Positions 37,401 through 46,237 of a stretch of 64,000 bases of DNA are shown here, in pieces. The stretch is from the sequence record LC768500.1. One strand, given 5' to 3'. Each line of letters starts with the position of its first letter. Position 1 is the first letter of the stretch. Under the pieces are notes generated by a model, which worked only from the letters and a program-made list of their open reading frames with translations, was not told the DNA's origin and did no database searches. Source of the DNA: Klebsiella phage phiKp_32. The position numbers and the translations under genes are program-made.

Positions 37401-37959
37401 TGTTACCGAAAACACAACAAGACCTACTTGGTATAACGATGAATATTACGTCACCGTTGTTCCTAAAGTGGGGAGGGTTACCGTTTACGGCATTGACGTG
37501 TTAACTGAGATGGCGAATACCGGATCGATTACAACAGTAAACGGGACGCGATATGTGACCGCTCACACTTATCCGGCGGATAACTGGTATGTGTACTTCA
37601 CCAACGCGATTAACGTAACGATAGAAGGCGGCAGTTATCTCATGCCGACGGGCAGTATATCGCTTTACGACATTGTGAGTAATCCCGTTGATAAGACGTT
37701 CTACGTTTATATCAGGTTGAACGGAACCAAAGCGGAATATTTCGTTACTACCAAAAAGCTTTACGTTTCTAGCAAAATGTTGTTTGTTGCAACGATAACG
37801 ACTAACGATAAAGGGATCAGCAACATCGATCTTCTCCAACCGATGATGGTGGGAGATTTGGTTCTCTCTAACGTACGTCGTGGTCAAGCAATTCCTGTTG
37901 TGGACGGGTCGCTGGGTCAAGAAGCAACTGTGGTATGGAAACGCAGCCAAGATAATTAA
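34447..37959 (+). CDS. giant tail fiber protein (about 1170 aa)
   Basis: Carries the YTPFYSSTVVITDKDGQ anchor motif and LGNVDNFATA. Its C-terminal module (KTFYVYIRL...ATITTND) is homologous to the C-terminus of the preceding fiber. Start moved to ATG 34447 because 34407-34430 forms the upstream terminator hairpin. Confidence 0.7.
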   Translation: MSDFKILSFDPRGDNTDNLLTEQVVLDDTTLDYIKPDYTPFYSSTVVITDKDGQVRNEGTDYVLEGLVIPLVKTSGKDVKAYIRIVNTELYAKSPLSIQYHSCGINHFPRDMVKNTPTGSEGNSLPIDWNTQVLGKPDSYPFKPHIHNVETEIAAWTDLADEIEEIYQYRKNHILSKYQELKGLSDAVWTATDLTAKQLRDNVMNHDRDLDNPHDVDAADVLLGNVDNFATATANDELLGSADKFSTPLGAQSILNNSLQSTDSYHHIGRLPLSYYGTDFYIPPPIEGDFKGMWTNCETAGFCLEDNGTLMMLANASDGKHNGLFYTTIENWDSPNPKVRYTGYPYQWGSLDYRKLNAIVEGSGKDVMIVGNRASQDWYITLTKGTFDPAKHNLHKITFDTTPPGMWDNYVVNERFPWFDISKVFVAGGYVWLMYLNHQNFSNELRIAKDLYFYRIPLSAFDADGPLVFQAITLTSAQNVFGTTFTNVKPLRISDPVKKSSGWYNNSWCRTSLDLVASYQWIKSVIIPTDYDSTSNKKLIYLETRMHNYYYNGSVYNFYDPALQFIYIFDPDNNTFLLHPDSGRNYLIDVVTTSNNPQRVGGRMANGDNWVNIGRNQRPSITHLNGYILKSEINQVYTTFKLKTDSLSWFKDPYSGATGGTNALTAIKKSYPMVEPPGAVQSSYFDGAEIYGVYGPHPSSAFNVATKMGLYLRTGLGDYADHPEMRWDNTNLMIRLPSNQDFKIAGGGNYARCSVTGDAAALTAAGTTIGWTGFSVYEDRGVFDKFTNWPAQPSNQVALPGNITWNTSVPGVATAQVNSTVNYPTTIINQIKAVLTNGIGATKYSSFTLYDFTYSPFADVYSVATLFYTKPGSAGLWTRFILFKPTVTTSGTVKTVTAYSVLYNSGEVVNDGPRFFANIDMSYFRGSNTYPIVEVYVNRTTGIHYYNIYPGVCFYPSGNTTAYAVAYIVQPRIQLQRATSNNVITVTENTTRPTWYNDEYYVTVVPKVGRVTVYGIDVLTEMANTGSITTVNGTRYVTAHTYPADNWYVYFTNAINVTIEGGSYLMPTGSISLYDIVSNPVDKTFYVYIRLNGTKAEYFVTTKKLYVSSKMLFVATITTNDKGISNIDLLQPMMVGDLVLSNVRRGQAIPVVDGSLGQEATVVWKRSQDN

Positions 37960-38004
37960 TCGTTTTCACACGGGGGAGTAACCCTCCCCCTAAGAGGTCA
38001 GATA

Positions 38005-41000
38005 ATGATCATTTTAGATGAAACCATTCCTCCTAATGGTCAAGAGGATGAGCGCTTCGGTCTTTTACTTTACGCGTTAACTGACTACGGGATTAAAAGG
38101 GAGTTACAGCACGTCGCCAGTGTGGCGGTGTTGACCGATAAAGTTGCCGAAGCGAATGCTAAGATGACATCGGTCAGCTCAGCGGTAAACGATGCTCTTG
38201 ACGCCCACATTGCGACAAAAGGACCTATCCATGGAGAGACCAAGGAAACGATAGGTCTGGGTCTTGTTGACAATTTACGGACGGCTACGTTAGAAGAACA
38301 TGTTGACGGTAGCGACGACCTGTTCTGTACTCCTGCTGGAGTAAAATACGCGGCTCAGTTTTTGGTTGAACCTGATTACACCGGATTCATCCCGCAGACC
38401 GTACTCCCTATTGCTTATTTCAAAAGACTGACTGGGGATCTGAGTATTAACTCAACCTCGTTTAGTCCATGGACTCAGAGTAACAAGAAAGGTAACCTGT
38501 ACATCACAGACGGTGCTTATTACGTCAGCCTGTTAAGTAAGAATGGCGGTGGAGTCAACTACCTGAGTGATCTTTTAACATCAAGGGATTTGATGTACTT
38601 CACACCTAGTGGTGGGACGACAGTACCTAAACTGGCATACGGCTGGAACGCTAAGACGGGATACCAAATCCTGAGTGATGGTTCTAAACAGCTTACCTTC
38701 TTCGATTACACTCACAATGGTACTGGTGGGGAGTTCGCTCTTAATTTTTCGGGGTCTGTAACAGGTGACTATCTGTCGACCTTATTCGATCCTTTACTCG
38801 ACACGTCTTCTTTAATAGGCGGGCTGCGCTTAACTCAGGCTGGATTAAATGTCACTCTGACGACTATTACCCAGCCAGATGAGTCGGTCGCAACGCTACT
38901 GGTGGACAACACTACCGGTTTCAGTTTTAATGCCACAGGACCGAAGGGAACGGTTAGAACAGGGACGATTAATAACCTCATTCCTTTAGCCGACTTCATC
39001 ACGGTAACGGACGCTACGGCGGTTACAATTGACCCGACCTACACAGCCATTGACCAAACCCATGGTTATGGGAATATGGAATGGGAGGTTAAGGGGAAAT
39101 CTGCGATCCTTTACACCGATGCTATCCTGAGGACAACATTCCAGGGAGTCGTTAAGAAGATCGTCGCCAGAATAGCGTTAAGGTTGACGATAAGTGGGTC
39201 CACTTACACGATCACTCCCTTGTCTCAAGTGAGTATGGCGACGATAACTGCTGGCGCTATTGCTGTATCTGGGAACATCCTTTTTGAAGAAGAAATTGAT
39301 AACGCTTTACACCCCGTTTACGGAAAAGGTCCGTTCTTAAGCGAGGGTGGGCACGCCACATCAATGGCTTCCAACCAAAGCTTCTTCTTAAGGGCGTTTA
39401 CCCACAATCTAACTAACCTCGTTGACCTGGCTAAAAACTATCACGAAACCCTTTCTCTTTCTGGGGAGTATACAAAGGAATATCCGGGTAGTTTTGCGGC
39501 TCCGATAGGGGTGAACATTAAACGCTTCATACCGTTTAATAGTACTGCTTCGGGGTTAAAGGTTTTAACCTATCCGATGGCCAATACCTCAGAAGACTAC
39601 TACGGGGTATTAAGTTGGGATAGCCCTCAGATTCTCCAGTCGTCTAAGAACAAGCCGCTGTATTATCGGTTCAAGCAGGCGGGCTCTTTAACCAACTTTA
39701 CATTAAGCTCTACCATACCGACCAGGCTGATTGTTAACTCCGGTGCTGATGGCAGTGTTACTGTGAGGGGGCTGAGTTTCTTACGCAGCGATTATACTGC
39801 CGGTACGGGTAAACTGGTCATTACGGAGAATGAGGTTAAAGCGTCGGAAACTTGGGCGTTGGACGCCGACTCCATTACCACAATGGAATCTATCTTGTCG
39901 ACGTTCTCCACCAGAAGTCACACAGCGTACACTTCTGCCGGCGTGGCGTACGACGCAACTAAACAGTCAATGAGCTGGTCTGTTGGGATTTTGACGACCT
40001 CTGACGACATTACCGCAGTAACAAGATGTGTTGTGTTATTATCAGATGGTTGCGGTTATGTGGGGTGTCAAATCGTTCCTACGACGCCTAATAGCGGAAC
40101 AAGAACGTTTACCATCAACAGAGCGTCATTGGGTACACTGACATCCATGACCTTTGGGATGGCTGCTGTTCCTGATTTTAGTGCGGCCGAATATCTGACC
40201 CCGCCAGCGTACAACGACATAATGGTATTAACTCGTTCCGATAATTCGTTAGAGATCGCATTTAATAACGCGTTTAAAACGAAGTACGGGATGGCGTCAT
40301 TCTTATATTCCGGAACAACACTGACGCTGGATAAAATAGAAAATCCAAGAGTCAGTGTAGGGAATTTCCCCATCGTCGGGAAACGCGGCTGTTGCCCTAT
40401 CAGCGTTCCTTACTACGGTATTTTCAGGATGACGGATAACGAGGAGGAGTTTTTCAACGCCAACCTCAATCGTTATCTTAACCAGTATGGTGATTTAACG
40501 GACGACGTAGTCACTATGGGGGGTTCGGATTATCACCTAATCAGAATCCCTGCCGGGACCAAAGTGTTCTTGGATGGTCGAGAATTCCAAATGATCTCCG
40601 GTTTAGTCGTCTACGCTCAGGTAGGAGTGACGTCGTATATTTATCTCACAGCGGCGGCCGATAACGTAATGGCTGAGGCCAGAACCGTAAAATCAGAACC
40701 TGCTGTTGATGAAATCATTTACGCAGTAATGGATGAAGCGGGGAATCTCGTTATCAATGACACGTACACGGTCATCGACGGATTCGCAGTGTCCTACACT
40801 CGTCAGGGTAGTTCTATCCCGTATACCACGGGTTACCCTATGGATCTTGGCGAAACGCTCTTCTTTAAAACAACCTTCGGGGATCCAGATCTCGATGTAA
40901 TCATGAACTCTACCATGCCAGAGTTTGGCGGGATGGAGTACATGCCTGATCTTGATGAGGAGATCAACGACATCATTCCTTCTTGGGATAATCTCGAAGA

Positions 41001-41220
41001 TCAAGCCATGGACCTCATGATGAACCAGATTCTCCCAGAGGATATTGGAACATTGGAGGAAAATATCGATGAGCGCATCAACGAAATTCAACCTGAGTAC
41101 GTCGAAGACTACAGAGATTCCAACGACATCATTGTTAACCAATTGATGCCGGAAATAGGTATGTCTCGATTTGTATTGACGGATTATATCGTTAACCAGA
41201 TCTTACCTGATTCGGAATAA
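38005..41220 (+). CDS. giant tail fiber protein with acidic tandem-repeat C-terminus
   Basis: AAGAGG RBS. The GLGLVDNLRTATLEEHVDGSDDLFCTPAGVKYA tail-fiber motif is present. The last ~105 aa are hhNQ(I/L)(L/M)PE-type acidic repeats. Confidence 0.7.
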   Translation: MIILDETIPPNGQEDERFGLLLYALTDYGIKRELQHVASVAVLTDKVAEANAKMTSVSSAVNDALDAHIATKGPIHGETKETIGLGLVDNLRTATLEEHVDGSDDLFCTPAGVKYAAQFLVEPDYTGFIPQTVLPIAYFKRLTGDLSINSTSFSPWTQSNKKGNLYITDGAYYVSLLSKNGGGVNYLSDLLTSRDLMYFTPSGGTTVPKLAYGWNAKTGYQILSDGSKQLTFFDYTHNGTGGEFALNFSGSVTGDYLSTLFDPLLDTSSLIGGLRLTQAGLNVTLTTITQPDESVATLLVDNTTGFSFNATGPKGTVRTGTINNLIPLADFITVTDATAVTIDPTYTAIDQTHGYGNMEWEVKGKSAILYTDAILRTTFQGVVKKIVARIALRLTISGSTYTITPLSQVSMATITAGAIAVSGNILFEEEIDNALHPVYGKGPFLSEGGHATSMASNQSFFLRAFTHNLTNLVDLAKNYHETLSLSGEYTKEYPGSFAAPIGVNIKRFIPFNSTASGLKVLTYPMANTSEDYYGVLSWDSPQILQSSKNKPLYYRFKQAGSLTNFTLSSTIPTRLIVNSGADGSVTVRGLSFLRSDYTAGTGKLVITENEVKASETWALDADSITTMESILSTFSTRSHTAYTSAGVAYDATKQSMSWSVGILTTSDDITAVTRCVVLLSDGCGYVGCQIVPTTPNSGTRTFTINRASLGTLTSMTFGMAAVPDFSAAEYLTPPAYNDIMVLTRSDNSLEIAFNNAFKTKYGMASFLYSGTTLTLDKIENPRVSVGNFPIVGKRGCCPISVPYYGIFRMTDNEEEFFNANLNRYLNQYGDLTDDVVTMGGSDYHLIRIPAGTKVFLDGREFQMISGLVVYAQVGVTSYIYLTAAADNVMAEARTVKSEPAVDEIIYAVMDEAGNLVINDTYTVIDGFAVSYTRQGSSIPYTTGYPMDLGETLFFKTTFGDPDLDVIMNSTMPEFGGMEYMPDLDEEINDIIPSWDNLEDQAMDLMMNQILPEDIGTLEENIDERINEIQPEYVEDYRDSNDIIVNQLMPEIGMSRFVLTDYIVNQILPDSE

Positions 41221-41224
41221 CGTT

Positions 41225-41269
41225 TATAGCGGAGAGGGGCGTGAGCCCCTCTCCGCTATATTTATTGTT
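41225..41269. terminator. terminator between the convergent fiber and spike genes
   Basis: 16-bp stem TATAGCGGAGAGGGGC / GCCCCTCTCCGCTATA with a GTGA loop, followed by TTTATTGTT. Confidence 0.75.
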
Positions 41270-42254
41270 AACCGCCGCCAACCGGCATACCACCTGTACC
41301 GCTGCCACCTGAATTGCTATGACGATGTTTCAATAGGGATACCGCACCACCCCCTGCTGTAACATCACCTTTGGCATTTATAGATTCTTCTGCGTTAATG
41401 GTTCCTGAACACTGCATGGTTCCATCACCGCCTTCACCCGCAATTGTGGTAATGTTACCCGCCACACCCAGGTTACCAATAACTGATGTGTTAGCCTTTA
41501 TATTCACTCCTTCTGGAGCAACGACGTTGACGTCTTGCGCACTAACCAGCATTTGTTTGCAGATTATGCTTAATAGTTTATCGGCACTAATTCCAAATGT
41601 GTCCGCGCACTTAATTAAGATGTTCATCTTAGCCAGTGTAATTTCTGACCCATCCTGATTTCGTACGCTCGTGGTGTGCGACATCGAATCGGTAGCGATG
41701 ATGTTGCCTTCACCATCCCCAAGGAGAACGGTCCCTGCTTGGGCGTCTACTTGGAATTGATATTTGGTCTTCTCTCCGTTAGCTTGGGATGTCATAAACC
41801 CAACTTTACCCGTGTGGGTGGAGATCTCAAACGTGTAATAGTTATCCAGAGAGAATTCAGCATTCTCGTCTAAATTAGGATTGGCGGAAAATCCCCAAAC
41901 CACTGTCTCCAGTCGTTTAGTCTTCGTATCGACCCCATGGAGTGTCCAGAGTAATTGATCTGAATCCCCATACCGATATATGGCAACTGGTGTCCCTTCT
42001 CTGACATCCGGAGCCGTCATTCGGTTACCGCCGTCACCCATCCACTTAGCCGTCACTGAGTTAGATCCCAAAACCTGAGAAGTTTTGTTAGTTCCGTCGG
42101 CTGTTTGCGATGTTTGAACAGAGGTTTGGGCTGTGGCGACTTCCCTACCATCAGCCATCATGTTATACGATGGAAGGGAAACGGTAATTTCTTTTGAGTC
42201 AGTTTGTTTAGTCGATGTTACCGTTCCGACACCTAAACAATTCAGTAAATTCAT
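41268..42254 (-). CDS. baseplate central spike protein (P2 gpV / T4 gp5 / VgrG-like) with HxH apex
   Basis: OB-fold-like N-terminus, then a Gly/Val-rich beta-helical repeat region (NLGVAGNITTIAGEGGDG...DVTAGGGAVS), then a KHRH motif near the C-terminus as in iron-binding spike tips. Confidence 0.6.
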   Translation of the reverse strand: MNLLNCLGVGTVTSTKQTDSKEITVSLPSYNMMADGREVATAQTSVQTSQTADGTNKTSQVLGSNSVTAKWMGDGGNRMTAPDVREGTPVAIYRYGDSDQLLWTLHGVDTKTKRLETVVWGFSANPNLDENAEFSLDNYYTFEISTHTGKVGFMTSQANGEKTKYQFQVDAQAGTVLLGDGEGNIIATDSMSHTTSVRNQDGSEITLAKMNILIKCADTFGISADKLLSIICKQMLVSAQDVNVVAPEGVNIKANTSVIGNLGVAGNITTIAGEGGDGTMQCSGTINAEESINAKGDVTAGGGAVSLLKHRHSNSGGSGTGGMPVGGG

Positions 42255-42304
42255 ACCCTGTCCCTTTATTTATAAGACTTTGTCATTTAAAAAATGGTTA
42301 CTAT

Positions 42305-44779
42305 ATGATCGTTAAGCTGATATTAAAAGGTTACATTCCTTTGAACACCAAAGGAGTAGAATATTTTGAGACGGATCAATTGGGCTTAATGAATATCCTG
42401 ATTGGACGCAATGGGCATGGGAAGAGTTCCATACTCAACGAGGCGTCGCCGATGCCTCCTGAAAACGCCGACTATGTAGAAGACGGCTATAAATACGTCG
42501 AAATAATTAATAAGGGAAAACGGTATTATTTGGAATCTTTCACGGGATCAAAAAGCAAACACTCGTTTAAAGATTCAGAAGGTAACGAACTCAACTCAGG
42601 CGGTACCCAAGCGGTACAAAAAGAACTGGTCAAACAGTATTTTGACCTCACTCCGTTGTACTTTAAAGTTCTTACCGCAATCAATGAAAACTATCGTTTC
42701 ACAGCACTAGGCGTGGCGGAAAGAAAGTTCCTCTTAATGGACCTCTACCCTAACGATACCAAATACGCGCTGATTGTCTATAACAAAATCAAATCAGCGT
42801 ATAGCGATACCGTAGGGGCGTTAAAGAACCAAAGTCAGAGATTGATTGAGGAACAGCAACGCGTAAGTGCTTTAGGAGGAAAAACCAAAGAAGAACTCCT
42901 CCACGATATCTCTCAGCTCGATAAACGTATTAACGAAATCGTTTACCTGCAAGGCGAACTCAACGGAACAGCTAACGTTAGTGGCGATCTTCGTTTAGAA
43001 ATTGAGGATTTCAATAGTAAAGTAAAATCCTTGCTCGTGATGGGGATGACCACAGGGACGCTGTCACGTCAACAGTTAATAGCGAGCATTGAGAGTTTAA
43101 AAGCTTCGTTGGTTTATCACGAAACCCAGCAGAAGATGTATCAGACGCAACTGAATGATATTTCCTCTGCGATGAGCGGACTGGAGTTGAAAGACCACGA
43201 CCCTAAACAATTTGAAACACAACTGTTGGATCTCGAGTATCGTCATGCCGTACTCGAAACAGTATTGAACGACTCGGAAGAACTCATCAAACGAGAACCG
43301 TTTATATCTGAACACCGGGAACGGCTAATTAACCTCGCTCCTGGTTTTAGAACCTTGATAGATCGGATAAACTTAATCCCCCTTTGTTCTAATCCAGAGT
43401 TAACCACGAGCCAGTACCAAAACTGGTTAGACAAGTCCGAACAGATTTTTAACGAAGGTAAACAATCCAGGGTTGAGTTGGAACACGTCCAACATCAACT
43501 CAAACATTATCGTGATGCTTCAGAAGTCCAGTGTCCTGAATGCTCTTCTCAGTTTAAACCTGGGTTCGATAAGACCTACGAATCTAAATTGATTAAACAG
43601 GAAGATGGATTAAAATCGACCATCGCTCACCTAACGAGTAAGTATAAGCAATACAAACAAACCCTCGCTTTGGATCAAGAATGGTTCAGTCAAATGAGGG
43701 CTTTGGAACAGTACGTAGAAAGCAGTCATGAAGCGAAATTCTTGCTTCATCTGTTAAGCGAGTATAAGGTAGGTTATGAACCAGCCGATAGGCTCATAAA
43801 CATCATTAAAACGCTCGCTACGACGCTGGATTATAAGAAACAACAGGATGCCTTGACCGAAGAAATAAACGTCTTAAAAACCCGTATAAACGTGTTTAAA
43901 ACGAATAATATGGAAGAGGCTCTGGCCGCGTACTCACTCAGCGAAGAAAGGCTGGGTGATAGTAATCGTGCAATTCGTCGTTGTATGGCATTGTTGAGGG
44001 AACACCAGAAGACCTTAAAGGATTATGACGCTTACGAAATAACGATTGACGCGATCAGAGAAGGGCAAGCAAGAATCCTCGACTTATTACGGGATGAGGG
44101 TAAGGTAAGTTTGCATAGGAGACTCAACGAAGTAATGTCAAGTCTTCTCCCTCAGAAAGATGAAGTCATGTCTCTGATGATCAGACAGGAGTCGTTAAAG
44201 ACTCTGGTCGAGTCTATCGAAGATAACATCGCGAACCTTAAGAAAAGACAATCTGATCTTAAGATCTTGATGGACGGACTCTGCCCTAAGAAAGGATACA
44301 TCGGGGAATTGATGAAGGACTTTATTACCGCAATTTGTGCGAATATGAATGCGGTAATACGGGACATATGGAGCACGCCTCTCTTTGTTAAACCGTGTGT
44401 TAATAAGAAAGGTGAAATGGATTATAACTTCCCAGTTATTAATGGCGACTCTAGCAGAACAGCTTCTGACGTGGCTAAATGTAGCGGGGGAGAAAAGGAG
44501 ATTATTAACTTCGCATTTCGGTTAGTTGTCTCTCGGTACGTGAAATACGACAGCCCTCTTTTCTTGGACGAGGTTGGCGTTAACATGGACGAATACCACC
44601 GTGGTCGCTTCTTTGATTATGTCAAACGACTGATGGCGACGGGTAAGATCGATCAATGTTTTATGATCAGTCATTACTCTTCACAATACGGACTTATGGA
44701 CAACGCTAACATTATTGCTTTAAATACAGAAGGTTTAACGGTTCCCCCTAACGTCAATCTCAGTACAACGATAAGGTAA
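42305..44779 (+). CDS. SbcC/Rad50-like SMC-family ATPase with zinc hook
   Basis: Walker A is GRNGHGKSS at the N-terminus. A long coiled coil has a central CPEC zinc-hook motif. The C-terminus has the ABC signature CSGGEKE, Walker B LFLDEVG and an H-loop ISHY. Start set at ATG 42305 because 42215-42304 overlaps the spike gene. Confidence 0.7.
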   Translation: MIVKLILKGYIPLNTKGVEYFETDQLGLMNILIGRNGHGKSSILNEASPMPPENADYVEDGYKYVEIINKGKRYYLESFTGSKSKHSFKDSEGNELNSGGTQAVQKELVKQYFDLTPLYFKVLTAINENYRFTALGVAERKFLLMDLYPNDTKYALIVYNKIKSAYSDTVGALKNQSQRLIEEQQRVSALGGKTKEELLHDISQLDKRINEIVYLQGELNGTANVSGDLRLEIEDFNSKVKSLLVMGMTTGTLSRQQLIASIESLKASLVYHETQQKMYQTQLNDISSAMSGLELKDHDPKQFETQLLDLEYRHAVLETVLNDSEELIKREPFISEHRERLINLAPGFRTLIDRINLIPLCSNPELTTSQYQNWLDKSEQIFNEGKQSRVELEHVQHQLKHYRDASEVQCPECSSQFKPGFDKTYESKLIKQEDGLKSTIAHLTSKYKQYKQTLALDQEWFSQMRALEQYVESSHEAKFLLHLLSEYKVGYEPADRLINIIKTLATTLDYKKQQDALTEEINVLKTRINVFKTNNMEEALAAYSLSEERLGDSNRAIRRCMALLREHQKTLKDYDAYEITIDAIREGQARILDLLRDEGKVSLHRRLNEVMSSLLPQKDEVMSLMIRQESLKTLVESIEDNIANLKKRQSDLKILMDGLCPKKGYIGELMKDFITAICANMNAVIRDIWSTPLFVKPCVNKKGEMDYNFPVINGDSSRTASDVAKCSGGEKEIINFAFRLVVSRYVKYDSPLFLDEVGVNMDEYHRGRFFDYVKRLMATGKIDQCFMISHYSSQYGLMDNANIIALNTEGLTVPPNVNLSTTIR

Positions 44780-44783
44780 TACC

Positions 44784-45068
44784 ATGTTGACCTTTACTAC
44801 CACGGTGCGTAATAAAGCCGACAAGCTCGCAGCGGAACTCGATAAGGTTATCAGTAACTCATCGATAAACACCCGTAAAGCGACTTGGTTATTGCGTTAC
44901 GCCAATGTCATTAACTACGCAAACGTCAATGGATTAAAATTAGTTGAATTCAATACCAGAGCCGAAACTATTCGCAAATGGATAGCCACAGGACATGTTT
45001 TCTTTGAGGGTAACAAAGCCATCTCTCTTGAAGAAATCGGTATGGATTTCAACTCCGGCCGCCGGTAA
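44784..45068 (+). CDS. hypothetical protein
   Basis: 94-aa ORF starting 4 nt after the Rad50-like stop. It has no nuclease motifs and is not Mre11/SbcD. Confidence 0.5.
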   Translation: MLTFTTTVRNKADKLAAELDKVISNSSINTRKATWLLRYANVINYANVNGLKLVEFNTRAETIRKWIATGHVFFEGNKAISLEEIGMDFNSGRR

Positions 45069-45161
45069 AATAAGACAGATCTATATCATATTTAGAGAAC
45101 CGTGAAGGGTGTCTCATTTTCTCTTACACCCTTCACTTTTTTACTACGAGGAAATGAAAAA

Positions 45162-45830
45162 ATGAAGACCGTTTTTGGTTTAATGTTCGTTCTTATCATG
45201 GGGATAAGCAATGCACTCGCATCCGTGAGTTCGTCTCAATCAGACTATCACTACTTTAATAAACAGAAAGGTTATATTTTTGAAGCGTCTAAACTAACAG
45301 GGGTTTCTCCTGAATTAGTCACAGCCATAGGGTCCATCGAAAGTGGATTAGGTCGTAATAAGGTCAACAAATATTCTAAAGTCAAAGGTGTGATGCAAAC
45401 CACCAAGCGGACTTATAACTCTAACCTCAAGAAACACCACGAAAGACTTGGGTTATCTCCTAACGCTTCTATCAAAAACGATAGAGCAAATATCTTAGTT
45501 GCTACCGCAGCATTAGCAGATAACAAACGTTACTTAGAGAAAGTCACGAATAAAAAAATCACAGATGGGGATGTGTTCATTTCCCATCTGGTAGGTTTAG
45601 GTGGTGCAGCTAAAATAATTAAAGGTAAACCTAACGCCCCTATAAGCCGTTATATCACGCTTCATAAAGGGAACATGCGACTCTATACTGACAAAGGACG
45701 GGTATTGACCGTGGCGCAGTTTAGGAGGAGTATGGATCGGTTGGTAAAGAAAGAAAGCGCGAAGTATGCCGTGGTTATCAATCAGAACAAGTTGGATCGT
45801 TTGATAACAGCTGTCGCGTATAATCAATAA
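45162..45830 (+). CDS. lytic transglycosylase (SLT domain) with N-terminal signal peptide; endolysin or virion PG hydrolase candidate
   Basis: Signal peptide MKTVFGLMFVLIMGISNALA. The SLT catalytic motif is AIGSIESGLGRN and a GVMQ motif is present. Start set at ATG 45162 with a GAGGAAA RBS. The upstream part of the listed ORF is a terminator hairpin. Confidence 0.65.
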   Translation: MKTVFGLMFVLIMGISNALASVSSSQSDYHYFNKQKGYIFEASKLTGVSPELVTAIGSIESGLGRNKVNKYSKVKGVMQTTKRTYNSNLKKHHERLGLSPNASIKNDRANILVATAALADNKRYLEKVTNKKITDGDVFISHLVGLGGAAKIIKGKPNAPISRYITLHKGNMRLYTDKGRVLTVAQFRRSMDRLVKKESAKYAVVINQNKLDRLITAVAYNQ

Positions 45831-45932
45831 ATTTCCACCGATCGAATCCTTTATATAGGAGGATGTTTACTGTGGGTTGAGCGTGGTAACTTAACCCACT
45901 CTTTTTAAAGAGGCAGTATTGTGAACAAGACA

Positions 45933-46178
45933 ATGCAATTTTCCCTTAACGACAAAGGGGTTTTAGTGCAAGACGACAACGGTAACATTCCCGTTCAAAT
46001 TATTGAAAATCAGACTGAGGACGGGCGTAAAACAGCCGCTATCGTATTCGGTGGAGAAACCCAAGGTTTCGCTTGTTTCGATTCTAATCAGAATAAACCG
46101 ATAAGCGTAATCCCCTCCAAACCGTTTCAAGATCCAAATCTCGATGAATCGCTGTACAATATTTGTAAAGCCATCTGA
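45933..46178 (+). CDS. hypothetical small protein
   Basis: ORF opens at GTG 45921, with the first ATG at 45933. About 82 aa. Confidence 0.4.
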   Translation: MQFSLNDKGVLVQDDNGNIPVQIIENQTEDGRKTAAIVFGGETQGFACFDSNQNKPISVIPSKPFQDPNLDESLYNICKAI

Positions 46179-46237
46179 TTTAATAGGGGAGGTTCTTCCT
46201 CCCCTATCCCTTATACCGCATTTTCGGAATTCTAAGA

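Noticed and set aside
27640-41220. Possibility of a diversity-generating retroelement targeting the fiber genes
   Set aside because: No reverse-transcriptase ORF (YxDD motif) and no obvious template/variable repeat pair were seen in the window.
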